Assembly: GCA_973851085.1 (NCBI GenBank) | Contig: OZ316775.1 | Coordinates: 14,570,001-14,634,000 of the forward strand | Direction: 5' to 3' | Length of the DNA: 64,000 nucleotides | From: Ptychomitrium polyphyllum | Taxonomy: Eukaryota | Shown: piece by piece, positions 42,722 to 55,783 of the stretch | Layout of the letters: every line of letters begins with the position of its first letter | How positions within the stretch are numbered: position 1 is the first letter of the stretch | Position numbers and translations under genes: made by a program | Notes under the pieces: generated by a model | The model's input: only the letters and a program-made list of their open reading frames with translations | Databases searched by the model: none | What the model was told of the DNA's origin: nothing

Positions 42722-45700
42722 GTCTTGCCATGCCATGTGGTTAGGAGGTTCACATCATGGAATTGTGTTCATCTACCAAATTTGTTGAATAAAAAACTCT
42801 ACTTTTAAAAGTAAGTTTTGCTTTAACAAACTTGAATGGATTCAAAATTATGGTTTAAATCTACTATTGTGAACAAATCAACACTTGTGACTTTGACTAA
42901 TTCGATAAAATTGAGTTTCTTTATAATGATTTTTGAATAGAAGAACAGTATGATTAATCAATAAAAAAAATCCATGATAAATTATATAAATTTGAAATAT
43001 TATGTATATTTTAAATGCAAAATTTGATTATCAATAATAGAACTTTGCAATTACTTATAAATAGAGTTATTTATTACAAAAGGTGAATGGATACTTATTT
43101 TTGAATTTAGAATTCTTGTATTGAAATATATTTCAATGATAAATACAAAAAAAATGAAAAAAGAGGCAAGATCATGGTGAATCTTTTAATAAAATGAATA
43201 TTAAAATTTTATGTGATTTAAATTTCAATTGAAAAAACACTTGTAGAAAATATTGATGATTTATATGAAATATACAGTTTCTTTCAATTACAATATTAAA
43301 TGTTCAAAATTTCAAGAATAAATGTCAAGGTAATTTTTAAATTTTAGAAAGTGATGTAGAAGACAATTTTGAGTTTATCTTGTGAATGCACGTAGGACTT
43401 TTTAATTAAGGCCATTTCATTCCAAAAGACTTGCTTGTAATGGTATACATGGATATTTTTTTGAAAAATAATGCTAGTTGTATTCATTAGATTCCACCAA
43501 ACAAATGAAATTATAGCCCATGATTTAAATAAAAATCTGAAAAATAGCTATTGCCTATAATGAAGATATTTTTTGAAAAGATATTTGGATTTTACTTAAA
43601 CTTCATATGAATATAAGTATAAGATCATACAATTTTGAGCGAAATTTTTTGAAGTAGCATATCTTCACATCAAGTAAGACCTTCCAAAAATACTTCATAG
43701 AAGAATATTATTTACACCTATTATATAAGATTTCAATTATAATTTCTATCCAAAAAAAATTATATAAGTTCAATTTCATGTTTTGTTTGATAAAATCAAA
43801 TTGAATTATTTGATTTTTTAAAATTCATATAAAATTTAATCTCAGTTTGCTTCAATAATTCAACATCTTTAAAATCTTGTATATTTTTACATAAGTTTAT
43901 TCTATAACTCAAATTTATGGTTTTACCATATTTTAAATAATTACAAGTATTGAAAAAATCCACTTTGTTTTTTTAAGCATTTTGAACAATAACATAATTG
44001 GTTCTTGCATAATTTGGATCAATTATAAAATCAATCAAATTAGTTTTTATAAAACTATTTATATTTATTTAATTAAAAAATTAATATGATTTATTCTTAC
44101 CAAATTGTATCTTTTTCCTTATTTTAATTAATTTGAACAATAATTTGATTAAAAGTTTAATTTAATCACTTGTATTTCATTTATAGCCCTTATTGCTAAA
44201 GCAAACTCAAGTACAATTAAATAGATTAGGCATTAATTTTTGTTATTTTGTAATGAATCAAGTTAGTATTTATAATAGCCATGATGCCAAAAAATATTAA
44301 ATTTTAATATACGACATTGAGTTAGTTATATTTTAAACCATATATCTTCCAAATTCAATTAAAATAAATTGAAAAAGCTTTTAATGTTTTGATATTGATT
44401 AAAAATGATCAAAGATTGTGCTTCCAAAATTCTTATTATATTATACTATTTCATGATTTACAATTACAAATAGAAACATGCATGACCAATTAGACCAAAA
44501 ATAATAATTTAATATTATTTTATTTTATATAAACTGAGAATTGCAAAATATTTGTAAAATCTTCTAAATTCATTTTAAACATTAATTTTTGAGGCTTTTG
44601 TGAGATAATATTTATTAAATTAAATGAAAAGATTATGCAACTTTGACACTTTCAAGTAATTTTTTTCCTTGTAGCAAAGTTTAATTAATTAATTGTTTTA
44701 AAAAAATTCACTTTATTATTATTACTTTTTTTAGTAGATTTTCCAAGGAACTCTATTCTTAATGAAATTCAAAAGCAACAAAAGCTAACATAGTTTTATA
44801 AACATGATTTATATAAATAATTCCATCCGTTTTTATATCAAATAAGTTAGTAAAGTCTAATGCTTCATGCCCACAAGCGTTCATCATTCATTTGAACAAT
44901 ACTATGCTTATTATTTGAATAGAAGACTTTTTTTTAGTAACTTATTTTATATAAATTACACTAATAACACCGTATATTGTAGAAAAATATAATTAAGTAA
45001 TATTTAATTATATTAAGCTATGGTTTTTATTATAAATATTTTTTATTAATTAAACAAAAGCATAAAGATAATACGAATACAAAAAAATCACTAGAAATAC
45101 TTTGCTAATTTCCAAGATTGCATTTTTAATGTTCATTATAAGTTTAAAAAAACATATTTATAATAAATGTAGAAATGTTCTTAAAATCTCACATAGCATT
45201 TTTTAATGACCTTTTTGAACACTTTTCTTAAAGAAATAATTCCATTATTAAAATGTTTAGTTTATTTTTAATCTAAACTCATGCCTTCATCCATTCATTG
45301 ATACACACTTTTATTACCATATTTTTGTTGGTTTCCTACTTTCGAAAGTAAGTTTGAATTATTTCAATCCTTAAAGAATGTTGTATAGAAAACAAACAAC
45401 AACTCTAGAGGTCTTTATAATTTGAAGCCTCTTTTTCCACTACACCTTAGCCCATATCTATAAGACATAGAACAAGAGTGTAGAGGAATATTATGTAAGA
45501 CTAAGACCATAAACATTCCAATTTTTCAAATGAAGGGAGCCTAAAATATGGACTTCTATACATACACATGGCGAACGTGACTCACTATACACAACTACCA
45601 CATGCGCAGAAGAAAACAAATAAATCTACAATAATATCACTTCAAACAAAGATCTCTCTAGACATAGGCTTTGCCTGTTTTCTCAACTCCTTATATTCAC

Positions 45701-46740
45701 CAATTATTGCTATGTCCCCACTACTTTACGTTTAAATTTAATCGACTATCCGTCTTTGCCACGGTGTAGAGAAGCTCTAAATCGAACCCAACCTTTTCTT
45801 TTGTTGCTGAAAGCAAACCATACTTTTTCGGTACGTACAGCCTCTGGAGGTACACACCGTTTCGGGGTTGGCCTGTCGTAATGTCCCGCGTGGAATAGAG
45901 GGCACTCGCCGTGCATAACTCGCCAAACTATCATGTGCCATTTGAACTGCGGATCGCAAGGCTCAGGAGAGCCTTGCGGCAACTTACGACGACTACTGTG
46001 AACGGTGGTCATCCATCCCACCACGCTGTTCATCCACGGAGAGAGAGCGAAGGTACTGAGGGGGGGGCCCACAGTGCGCTCGGCAGGGGGTGGCAGGCAG
46101 GGAGGGGGAGTCACAGGGGGCTTGGGAAAGAAAGCAGGCAGCAACGTCGCGGAAACATGGTTGGTTTGCTGCACGCGACACAAAGAGCGTGTCACAGCCT
46201 TTTGGCCTTGCCATTCAATGTACGGGGCGGGGCCTGGACGCTGCAAGGAGGGGCCAAGACGCGGAGATCGCACCCCCTCTGAACAGGCGCGTCCACCCCA
46301 TCTTAGGGGATTCCGTGTGCCCAAACCTCACTCGGGTGCTCCACTCACTCTCGCACTTGAGATAGTCCACTCTCTCTGGGGTCCTCGTGTGAGCTCAGAG
46401 TGGGGTTCTCTTCCGTTACCAGTTTAGCTATTGACGGCGACCAGTAGAGAGATACAGCGCTTCTTACATCAGACTGCATTGGCTATGGCGTTGATTGGAA
46501 GTCGCCCTCTGGACAGGGTGCGGGGAAGGAGCCTATGGTATTGAAAGGGTTGGGAGAAAGTAGTGTAGTTTCGTCTGGTTTGGTTTCTGGCAGATGGGTG
46601 TGGGTGTTAGTTATTTTTGTTTTGTTTTGTTTAGTTTAGTTTAATTTAGTTTTTTGACTTGAAGTGCTGGTGCTTGTGCTTGTGCTTGTGCTTTTGTTGA
46701 TTGTGTTGGTTTTTACAGGACATCGTTGAAAAGGTGAAAA

Positions 46741-47000
46741 ATGGCATTGGAAGGGTTATGATGTTGATTAGGAGAGAAGAGAGCCTTGGTTTTGGTTTGT
46801 TTCCTGGGAAAGGGTTATGTGGTTGTAGTTGGTGGTGAGGGTGGTTGTGTGTTGGTTGTGTTGGTGGCGAGAGGAAGTCGTTGGAAAGGGTGGAAAGCAC
46901 CACATGGCATTTGAAGGATTATGTTGATTGGACGAGAAGAGAGCCTTAGTTTTGAGGTATATTTTGGGGAAGGATTATGTGGTTGTGTGTTGGTGGTGAG
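46741..47000. repeat. ~100-bp imperfect direct repeat (46741-46839 / 46904-47000) upstream of the kinase ATG
   Basis: ATGGCATT.GAAGG.TTATG..TTGATT.G..GAGAAGAGAGCCTT.GTTTTG...AGG.TTATGTGGTTGT..TTGGTGGTGAG occurs twice, just before a likely 5'UTR acceptor TTTTGCAG at ~47067. Confidence 0.8.
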
Positions 47001-47094
47001 AGATGACGAATACTAGATCATAGAGAGAATAGGTTGGTGTTTGTCTGTGGGGGTTCTCATTTTGCAGTTCTAGGGGTGGAGGGAGTGATGAAGG

Positions 47095-48426
47095 ATGGTG
47101 TTTCCGGGGGCGAGGGTGGATCCCAGTGCGGAGTGGGGTTGGGGAGGTGAGAGAGCGGGAGAGGGAGGGGGAGTGAAGGGGGTGAATGTGAACGTGAACA
47201 TAAACATAGGGAAGGGGAAGCCGCCGGGGTTTTATTTGGAGGAGCGGTTTCTGATAAATCCCAAGCTGCTATTTGTGGGGCCGAAAATCGGAGAGGGCGC
47301 GCATGGCAAGGTGTACGAGGGTAAGTATTTGGATCAGAAGGTGGCGGTGAAGATATTGCAGCTGACGGAGAATCCTGAGGACCATGCGAAGCTGGAAGCG
47401 GGGTTTGCGCGGGAGGTGGCGATGCTGGCGAGGGTGCAGCACCGGAACTTGGTGAAGTTTGTGGGCGCGTGCATGGAGCCCGTGATGGTGATTGTGACGG
47501 AGCTCATGGAGGGGCGATCGCTGAAGAAGTTCATGCTGGCGCAGCGGCCTAATTTGTTGGATTTGCGGTGCTCCGTGAAGTTTGCGCTGGACATTGCGCA
47601 CGCCATGGACTGCTTGCATGTGAACGGGATTATCCACCGGGACCTGAAACCGGACAACCTGCTGTTGACAGCGGATCAAAAGACTTTGAAATTGGTGGAC
47701 TTTGGTCTTGCGAGGGAGGAAACCCTAGCGGAGATGATGACCGCAGAGACAGGGACCTACCGGTGGATGGCGCCAGAGCTCTACAGCACTGTGACTCTCC
47801 GGCATGGCGAGAAGAAGCACTACAATCACAAAGTGGACGTGTACAGTTTTGCAATTGTGCTGTGGGAGCTCCTGTCAAATCGGATGCCGTTCGAGGGGAT
47901 GTCCAATTTGCAGGCAGCGTACGCAGCAGCCTTCAAGAACACAAGACCTGCTATTTCGAAGAGCCTCCCCGAGGACCTTGTCTTCATCATCCAGTCGTGC
48001 TGGGCGGAGGATCCTGATGTTCGACCCAACTTCGCACAGGTGGTTAGAATGCTGACCGCTTTTCTGAGTACTCTCAAAGACCCTGATACGAAACCTGCTG
48101 CTGTTGTGCAGAAGAAATCTTTAATTGCAGATAAGAAATCTTCAAAGGGCGGGAAAGGCTCTCCGAAGGCCGACAAAGGAGACAAGGGTTCCCCGAAGGC
48201 GGATAAAGGGTCTCCGAAGTCCGACAAGGGGTCTCCTAGGGCGGGAAAGGAGTCCCCGAAGTCGGAGAAGAAGTCTTTGCAGCGAACACCTCCTGAGTCT
48301 GTGGTGGCTACCAAGGACGACAATCTGAAGAAGGACCCTTCCTTCTCTGATCCTGAGCCTGCAGCTGAGACGTCAAAGAGCATGTTTCACTGCTTCAGTT
48401 CGTGTTCATTTTGGGGGTTGTGCTGA
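47095..48426 (+). CDS. Raf-like Ser/Thr/Tyr protein kinase (group-C MAPKKK, ATN1/STY13-like), single coding exon, 443 aa
   Basis: Uninterrupted ORF with GEGAHGKVYEG, VAVK, HRDLKPDN, DFG, MTAETGTYRWMAPELYSTVTLRHGEKKHYNHKVDVYSF, MPFEGMSNLQAAYAAAFKN. Confidence 0.95.
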   Translation: MVFPGARVDPSAEWGWGGERAGEGGGVKGVNVNVNINIGKGKPPGFYLEERFLINPKLLFVGPKIGEGAHGKVYEGKYLDQKVAVKILQLTENPEDHAKLEAGFAREVAMLARVQHRNLVKFVGACMEPVMVIVTELMEGRSLKKFMLAQRPNLLDLRCSVKFALDIAHAMDCLHVNGIIHRDLKPDNLLLTADQKTLKLVDFGLAREETLAEMMTAETGTYRWMAPELYSTVTLRHGEKKHYNHKVDVYSFAIVLWELLSNRMPFEGMSNLQAAYAAAFKNTRPAISKSLPEDLVFIIQSCWAEDPDVRPNFAQVVRMLTAFLSTLKDPDTKPAAVVQKKSLIADKKSSKGGKGSPKADKGDKGSPKADKGSPKSDKGSPRAGKESPKSEKKSLQRTPPESVVATKDDNLKKDPSFSDPEPAAETSKSMFHCFSSCSFWGLC

Positions 48427-51400
48427 AGGTTTGAAAGTAAATGTCTTCATCTGCTCGACCTGCACATCTCTATTGGTTGTCGCTTGCCGATTCGTCAGCA
48501 CTTTGTGCCTGGATAGGGCTCTTTGCTGTTCCGAGGAGAGCTAAGAGGAGGGCGAGAGGAGGGAGAACAGGTGATAAACGGCGGGTAAAGGGACGGCTTT
48601 ACCATGCCGCGGTATGCTGTGTCCCATTTCAATCAAATCAATCAGACGATTGTATATTACTTCAAAGCCAGGGTGCACTGTCTTACGTGCTTCCCTTGAG
48701 CTTCATTGGTTTCCACCATGCTTAACTATCCGGCAGCAAGTATATGTGGAGACGAGGTAAACTTGCCGCAAAGTGATGGCCATATCTTCATGGCACTTTT
48801 AGCATGCAGGCTTTAGAAAATCTAGCACTACTGTAGTTCGTGTATTAGACTCTAGCAATTGCACATGGATGCTTACGGTACATACTTTTTCCGTGGCTCC
48901 TTTTGATATTGATTTTTTTGGTTCAAATTTTCCCTTGTGTAGTTCTCTTCTTTATCAATCACAAGATGACCTTCTGGGTTATTAACACTCGTATGTTGCA
49001 GTTTGGCTCTGATGTTTGCACTTTCTAGACTGAGTCCGTTTTACCAATGACTCAGAATACACTTCATGAAATGTTGAGCGGGTGAAAAGGTGTTAGTTTG
49101 CTTTTGCTGCACACTAAGCGGTTTGCTCTTGTGTCTCTATCATTACAGTTCTCTTACCTGGTAGTGCTCGTGCTTTCGAAACTGAATGTGTAAGTGCCTT
49201 CTGAGCTGTGGATTTGTATAAGCAAATAGGTTTGTTGCTTTTAAGCTTCTGCATTTTATTTTGACCGTTGTACTGAAGTGGATTTCAAGTATGGTAGTAG
49301 TGTGCAATTTGAGAGTCTTGGAATAGATATGGATTGCATCACACGCTTCTGCTTACGTAACGGTGTGTCTACAGAATCTTCCTACTCTCCAGGAATTTGT
49401 CCCGAGAGTATTTAGAGCCTGTTTGATCAACAAGGCAGTTCACCTAACTTGGCATGCATTTGTGACACCTTAGAAACCTAGTTGCTTCTTTTATTCAGCA
49501 GCTTCTGCAAGCAACTTGCAAGGGGACAAGCCAAAACGGGCAAAGCGATGTGACAAACCCTGTAGACCGTACACTTATTACACCCTTTCCGAGGACTTCT
49601 ACGTTAGCCATCTTCAGTTTAGCTCTGGTCCTTGTTTCTGTTGGCTTGGAAAGGAAAATAAGCTGTGTGTCAGAACCTGGTTGAAATTTGTGACCAGTTT
49701 TAACTTTGGTGTGCCCACCATCTTACTTGTACACCTTCTTGTTTACTTACGTATTGTTTATCACAGAAACTGGTCACGATGTTCTGGGAGTTCGTGCGAT
49801 GACTGCTGTAACTACAGTATGCTCTGTAGATTTGGGGCTCTGTTGATCAAATAGTTGACTGTACACATTTGTGAAATGCCCATGCCAGGTACCCTCTTGA
49901 CAACTTTTTATATTTGGATATAGCGCGCATTTGTGAAGTGAACAGCAACCCATGTCGTGTTGGTCAGCCTAATTTCCCTGTTCAGTACAGACGTTTTCAT
50001 TGCATTATAGTCAATAGGGTAAAGGAATGTAGACTACTAGACTCACAGGTCACTGCAAAATCTCTGAAAGCTTCAGTAATACACATTTCTTTGAATAGGA
50101 TATATGTTACCTAGTGAAATCATGTCGAAACATCATTGAAAAAGCTCTATTGAGTTCCTCTGACATCTCTGGACCCTGGAGCAATTGAGAGCCACTTGTA
50201 GAGAAAATCATATTTGTAAACACTGCAGGTTCCAGGTGTATTCTGTGTAGAATATCTGTATCAATTCCTGGGTCAAAGTGGTCACACTGTGCACCTCCCC
50301 ATTGCAGCTTTAACTTAATGATACCTTAACAAGGCTGCTTCATTAAGAAGATGCACCTTCACTCCGAGCTTGATTCCTCGCTATTTTTTGCACTTACAGG
50401 AGTCAACCACATATTCTGTTCACTGTGCAGAACGCGCAACAGTGGGGCAAGGTTGGGCAGTAATAAAGAGTAGAAACGTGTCTAACGGGTCGCTCCTCAA
50501 AGTTTGCAAGCACGTCGAGCCTCATGTAGTAACTTGATCCAATTTTTTTTCCCTGTTTCGCTCGTACACCGACTAGCTCATTACAAATGCCTCCTGTGGA
50601 AGAACGGGGAGATGTACCAGCTGTCCACACCAATTCACCATCCTTTAAAAAAATGTTAATACATAACTTAACACGCCTTATGCATGGATTTGTTGAGGGA
50701 TAAAATTCTTGAAGGTTTTATGCATCGACTTCAGCTTTTCGTTTGAAGTGGTGCTGCATTCCAAGAACCTCGTTCTTAATGCTTGGGGCTCCGCAAAATT
50801 CTTTGCCATGGCCCAACAAACAAGAGAGAAATCGTTCTGTTCGCCATAGAATAAGGGGTCGGAGGTTTGCTTGTTAGGCGGCGTTTATTGCGCTCTAACT
50901 GAACAACACGAACTCTCGAATTGATTAATTATTTTGAGCAGCAAATGTAGACAACAAGTGGTATCCATTCCTGAAGCATCTTGTGAAGTTTGTAGCACGC
51001 AAGCCCTCCGCTGGTGTTGTATTTCTCTGGAAGGGCTTCTGAATTAATGTCTTTTTAATTTGCGGGAGCATCTTGATTTGGAATCCGTGACAGTCCACAC
51101 TGGCTTCGATTTGGACTTAGCTGAAGCTAATTTTGTTTTACTGGATTGCACATATGATTTGCGTATGAACATCGATGATGAACAATAGACGGTGTGAGAG
51201 GATGCCTGCATCGAGATTCGAATCTGCACTGACAGAACTGGCAGAATTAATATCTTATTTGAAGAAAATGCAGATTCCAGAACATGACCTTTGCGGAAGA
51301 TGGAGTTTCGAATCCCTATTTGATGCTTCCATACAGCTTGCCACCGGAAGTGCGAACAATATCATATGTTTCCATATCTTACAATCATTAATCATTTACT

Positions 51401-51699
51401 AGACGTAATTGCGTCTACTATTTACGTTGATCAACAGTTCTTAACTTAACATTCTTTAGCTGGATGACCTGCAGCATGATCAACAGTACTATAACAGTAC
51501 TCCAATTCTCTCTTAGTGCTAAACTTTGCTAAACATTGCCCTGTAACGGAGAATCTGCGGAAATGCACAACCGTAGAAATGGTACAGCGTCATCTGGCTA
51601 ACGCCGATAAAAATGCTGTCCATTCAGCAGTAGGAACTATAAACTTATTTGTATAAAACAGTGGTATAGTCAGAAAAGAGTGTTATTGTTCCAATACAG

Positions 51700-53690
51700 G
51701 ATGATGACTCCATGACAAACGTCTCTAATGGTTCCATTGGGGAAAAATTTGAAGGAGCTCATTTAGAAGCCTTTACATTGAAGGACATTCTGTGCAACTC
51801 ATAATACTCAACATCCTCATCATCCGTCTCTAGCACCCAGTGCATAGAACTGTCATAAACGTGGCTCATAGTGCTTGAATCGGTACCAGTGAGTGCGTGA
51901 CTTGAATTTGGTGGCTTTCCAGATTGTGCTAGTGGTTTTCATATAGAGTAAGAATGTGATATTGCAAGAAGATAAGAGGATAAGAGTTTGTAACACATGC
52001 ACATCACATTATCTACCTCGCAGGCTATGAAGATCAATCATAATCCAACACGACGCAAATTCTAAGATCAATATAGCACAGTGAACTCAATCCGTGAGAC
52101 TTGTTCACTGCTTCAAAATAACCGTTCTGGTACAGGCAGATTCCTATGAACACGAGATCCGTAACATCATTCTTGGTTAATCCGACTTCGTATTCAGAAT
52201 GGTGATCCATTTGTTTGACCTTATGCTTTTGTGTTGTTGTGAAAGAGGTTGTATGGAAATGTCGAACATGCATGAAAGATATCTTCTTGTCCTGTAGAAT
52301 TATTTTGTAGTAGCACCTCACGTGGATTCCAGTTTACTATGCAGTTTATAAGGATGTTCGCACAACGAATGGATTAAAATTTATAAAATTTCATGAGCTG
52401 CTTGAGAGCAATAGCAGACAATTAGTATCTTTGCCACAAGTGAAGGCCTTTTGTCTTCACCAGATGTAGCTATATTCCGGATTTATTTCCGAAACGGGTT
52501 TGAGATTTGTTTCTAAACCGTAGTACAAAAATTGCATACATGACCGATTTTAGTCAACTTATCACACAAATTGCAATTTTACACTTGAAACCTGACAATT
52601 TATACACAGGGGGACACTAGGTTTTGGGATTAGTACATCTAGTTCTATAGGCCAGCGGATGGAGCATTACAAACCAGAACCATTTCGGCACCAAAATGTA
52701 AGACTCTGGGCCACCCTTAACCTGATCATGCCTCGCAATACTTGCTCCGACCATACCTGATATTTCTAAAGACATGATTTCGAGAATCCACGGATGTCAG
52801 AGCCTGCCATCACCATCTGAGCAGAGGCAAACAACTTATAATTACGCATTTTTAAGATTAAGTCACAGTACTGCAGGAGCACTACAATGACTTCGTCTGT
52901 CAATGTGGTGCTCACTACATTCTGGCGTGATCACGGGAAACAACCTGGCCAACAATAAGGACTCCGCCGCTTACGTTTCCACTCCGTCGCAGTTCTTCCG
53001 CACTTTGTTCCTGACACGCGACGCAGCCATTCCCGGCGGCTTCTAACCCCATGGTGCCAACGGCATCACTGCATATGCCCACACCTTGTGACCCTCCTCC
53101 ATGCTTGGCGAGGCAACTAATCTACAAGTCACTGTACTACTGAATGATCAACTAATGCTTATTTGTACTAATTGTACATACATAAATATCAGCACCTTAC
53201 CTTCTACGAAATATCAATAAAATCAACATATCAAGTTAATAATGGGATATTCGTTATCCTGGCATTCCTGAAAGGACTTCGGTTTCAATACGCACAAATT
53301 TTCACAATGCAAACCAAGAGTAGAATTTGCGAATTTGGAGGTCGCCATAGTCACGAGCTGTTGCAAGCGAGTGTCGAGAAGTGGGAGTAGAGTAGAAGGC
53401 TCACGTAGCTAATCTAGTTCATCAGCTCTTTCGTGAAATACATTCGTCGAGTCAGACAAGAGTGTTCCTGTTCTAAGCTGATAAAGTACTGATGATTACT
53501 CCGTGACAAACTCTAATGGTTCCGTTGAGGCATACATTCTAATGGCATTCTGTGCAACTCAAATTCATCAGGATCATCATCATCTGTCTCTGCTAGCACT
53601 CATCGCATAGAACGGCTGTCAACATCATGAAGGTTGCTCTCAGTGTTGAAATCAAGACTCTGTCCCATTGAGAGTAGTGATTTGAAATCG
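51700..53690. repeat. Diverged direct repeat (~51700-51910 vs ~53490-53690)
   Basis: Shared collinear blocks GATGAT.ACTCC.TGACAAAC..TCTAATGGTTCC.TTG, CATTCTGTGCAACTCA, TCATCATC.GTCTCT, GCATAGAAC. Confidence 0.75.
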
Positions 53691-54192
53691 TCTAAAAGCC
53701 TTCAAGGTTGTTCCAAAATCAATGCGTAATTTCCGCAAATACCTCATATGAGGACACCCAATTGCGTCGAAGTATGTCAATTTGGAGCAATTTCTTTTTT
53801 GAAAAAACTATAATTTCTTCTGCATCACTCAAGTTATGGCTGTGCACAGCGTTTGCATCCATATGTCTATCAAAGTGGTTGTGATGGGCCAGAAAACAAC
53901 ATTGTAGCTAGTATTAGAATCAATTGGTATCCCCTCCCAACCGTAATCTAAGAGATAAAAGTCCCCAGTCGTCAAATCGAGGCCTGTCAACACATTGTCC
54001 AATGACTGCTCACAGAACCTTCGACAGCATCGAAAACTTTTGCGAAGTATCAAACTCTGGGTAGTCGTGGTCATCAGCTTCGAGATCTGGGTGAATCAGC
54101 TGAGCATTTACAATGAAGTACTACTTAATTACTGCTTCGTTAGCGAGTTGAACATACTCCAGTTTCTTTCTTCTTCCACAACTTGCAAAGTT

Positions 54193-54642
54193 ATGGCCAT
54201 GTTAGTTCCTAGCTCATTCGTCGTGCTCTTGCCTTTGGCAATGCTACTGGCAATCGTTGCCAACTCTCAATTCGTGCCGTCACCTCGTGTGAACGTGATA
54301 GTGAGCATCAAGAGCTAGATGGGCGATGCAACCAAGTTGATTGTGCACTGCCGCGCATACTGGGGTGGTCCTCCCATTCACTTCATCGACCTTGGCCAAT
54401 ACAATCTGGGCAACGATGAACTCTACAGCTTCTCCTTTCTGGAAGCCTATCCCCAGGAGCTTGACAGGAAGGTGTGCATCTGGGAATGTTAGGTCTTTGG
54501 CTACCGACCCATGCAGCAATTTTATGTTTACCATCCGCATCCCTGCATGTGTGTGGATGGGTCGTGTCCGTTGCTGATCGTTAAACCCGAAGTATACTTC
54601 TGCGGAGACAAGCTAGTGAACACATGGCCGGATTCAGTATAA
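54193..54642 (+). pseudogene. S-protein homolog (SPH / Self-incomp_S1-like) secreted protein gene with two in-frame TAG stops
   Basis: Single frame: MAMLVPSSFVVLLPLAMLLAIVANSQFVPSPRVNVIVSIKS*MGDATKLIVHCRAYWGGPPIHFIDLGQYNLGNDELYSFSFLEAYPQELDRKVCIWEC*VFGYRPMQQFYVYHPHPCMCVDGSCPLLIVKPEVYFCGDKLVNTWPDSV*. It has a signal peptide plus the SPH-like pattern L.VHC...DLG...L....Y.F.F...C...F.VY...C...C. Stops at 54316-54318 and 54490-54492. Confidence 0.75.
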
Positions 54643-55216
54643 TAGCCAAGGTGTTCAACATGATAGAGACTTCTAGTAGAGGCTTATGATACCAATAAAA
54701 GGATACGTTATCAAACTCTGGTTCACTTTCTATGTGCATTGCCAACAATTTGTACTTGTTAATCAATGTGCCTTTAATATGTACAGAATGGTGAACTTAC
54801 AATTAAAATTTTGCATGGGATTCTTCTGGTTTTGGAAACCTTCTTGCGTTCTGAAAACTGCGGTTCACAACACCCACATGATTCTGCAGTAAAGGCTGAT
54901 ATGCCTTATATATATCAGCAATTATGTTTGATCGATCAGCTCTATCTTGTGAGAAACCATAGGGCCATGGCTAATCATCTCCATCTAAATTTGCCAAAGA
55001 CTGAATTGGTACTGAAATGACTGTCACATTCTTACTCTTGATCAAAGAGTTAAGCTGGGCTAGAGTTTATTTGACCAAAATATAACAAGGTTATTAGGCC
55101 AAAGTATAATACACAGTGCTTCTCCAGCTTGTTTTGAAACTACAAAACTCTGAAGAAACAGTTTTGACGGAACTCTGATGTTTTGAAATATACACAAAGT
55201 ACAAAACTTTTGCAGT

Positions 55217-55783
55217 TTAGACTGCATCACCAGTTGGTGATATAGGATCTCCGTCGAACCTAGGTTGAAGGGTGAATGACGTTGGATTCAAGCTGAAAAA
55301 GTTGTCACCCATTTGATCCGGAGGCGGGGGCTGCAAAACCTCATGTTGCCTTCCATCTTGGATGTCACACTCCGCACCATCACGGGTGAGAATATTGAAA
55401 ACACACAACTTGCCTTGCCCGAATCCCACACATGTATACTCACGTTACACTTGCAGTCCTCGTCCCCAAGATTTCCTCACTCGAATCATATTCCTCCATT
55501 GGCCAGCCACTGCTCCTCCATTAAGGCTTGAGAATTCAAACACATCAATGCAATGCTCCACAGATCCATCTCGCTCTTGCTCTGAGAAAAGGAGAATCTT
55601 CCCATTGCTCTCAACTAGTTGCAACATGCTGGAGTTGAAAGAAAATGGGATTGCACATGCCATGTCTCCCAACCAATTTCCATTCTCCACATCAAATGCT
55701 ACCATCCCTTTGCAGTGATTGCCTTCCAGAAATGCAATGGAGTATAATATTCCATTCACGCATATACCAGCTTTGGTGCTCAT
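55217..55783 (-). pseudogene. C-terminal fragment of an F-box-associated/kelch-like gene with premature stop
   Basis: GICVNGILYSIAF...MVAFDVENGNW...LQLVESNGKILL reads, in the same frame, through TAA (55445-55447) into REYTCVGFGQGKLCVFN...FTLQPRFD. No recognisable N-terminal F-box; the upstream sequence is AT-rich. Confidence 0.55.

Noticed and set aside
45746..46427. 192-aa and overlapping ORFs upstream of the kinase
   Set aside because: GC-rich promoter-like region with no protein-family signal on either strand.
54316..54492. Stop-codon readthrough or RNA editing rescuing the SPH-like gene
   Set aside because: Two independent stops would both need rescue, and no such nuclear mechanism is supported by the sequence. 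Pseudogenisation is simpler.
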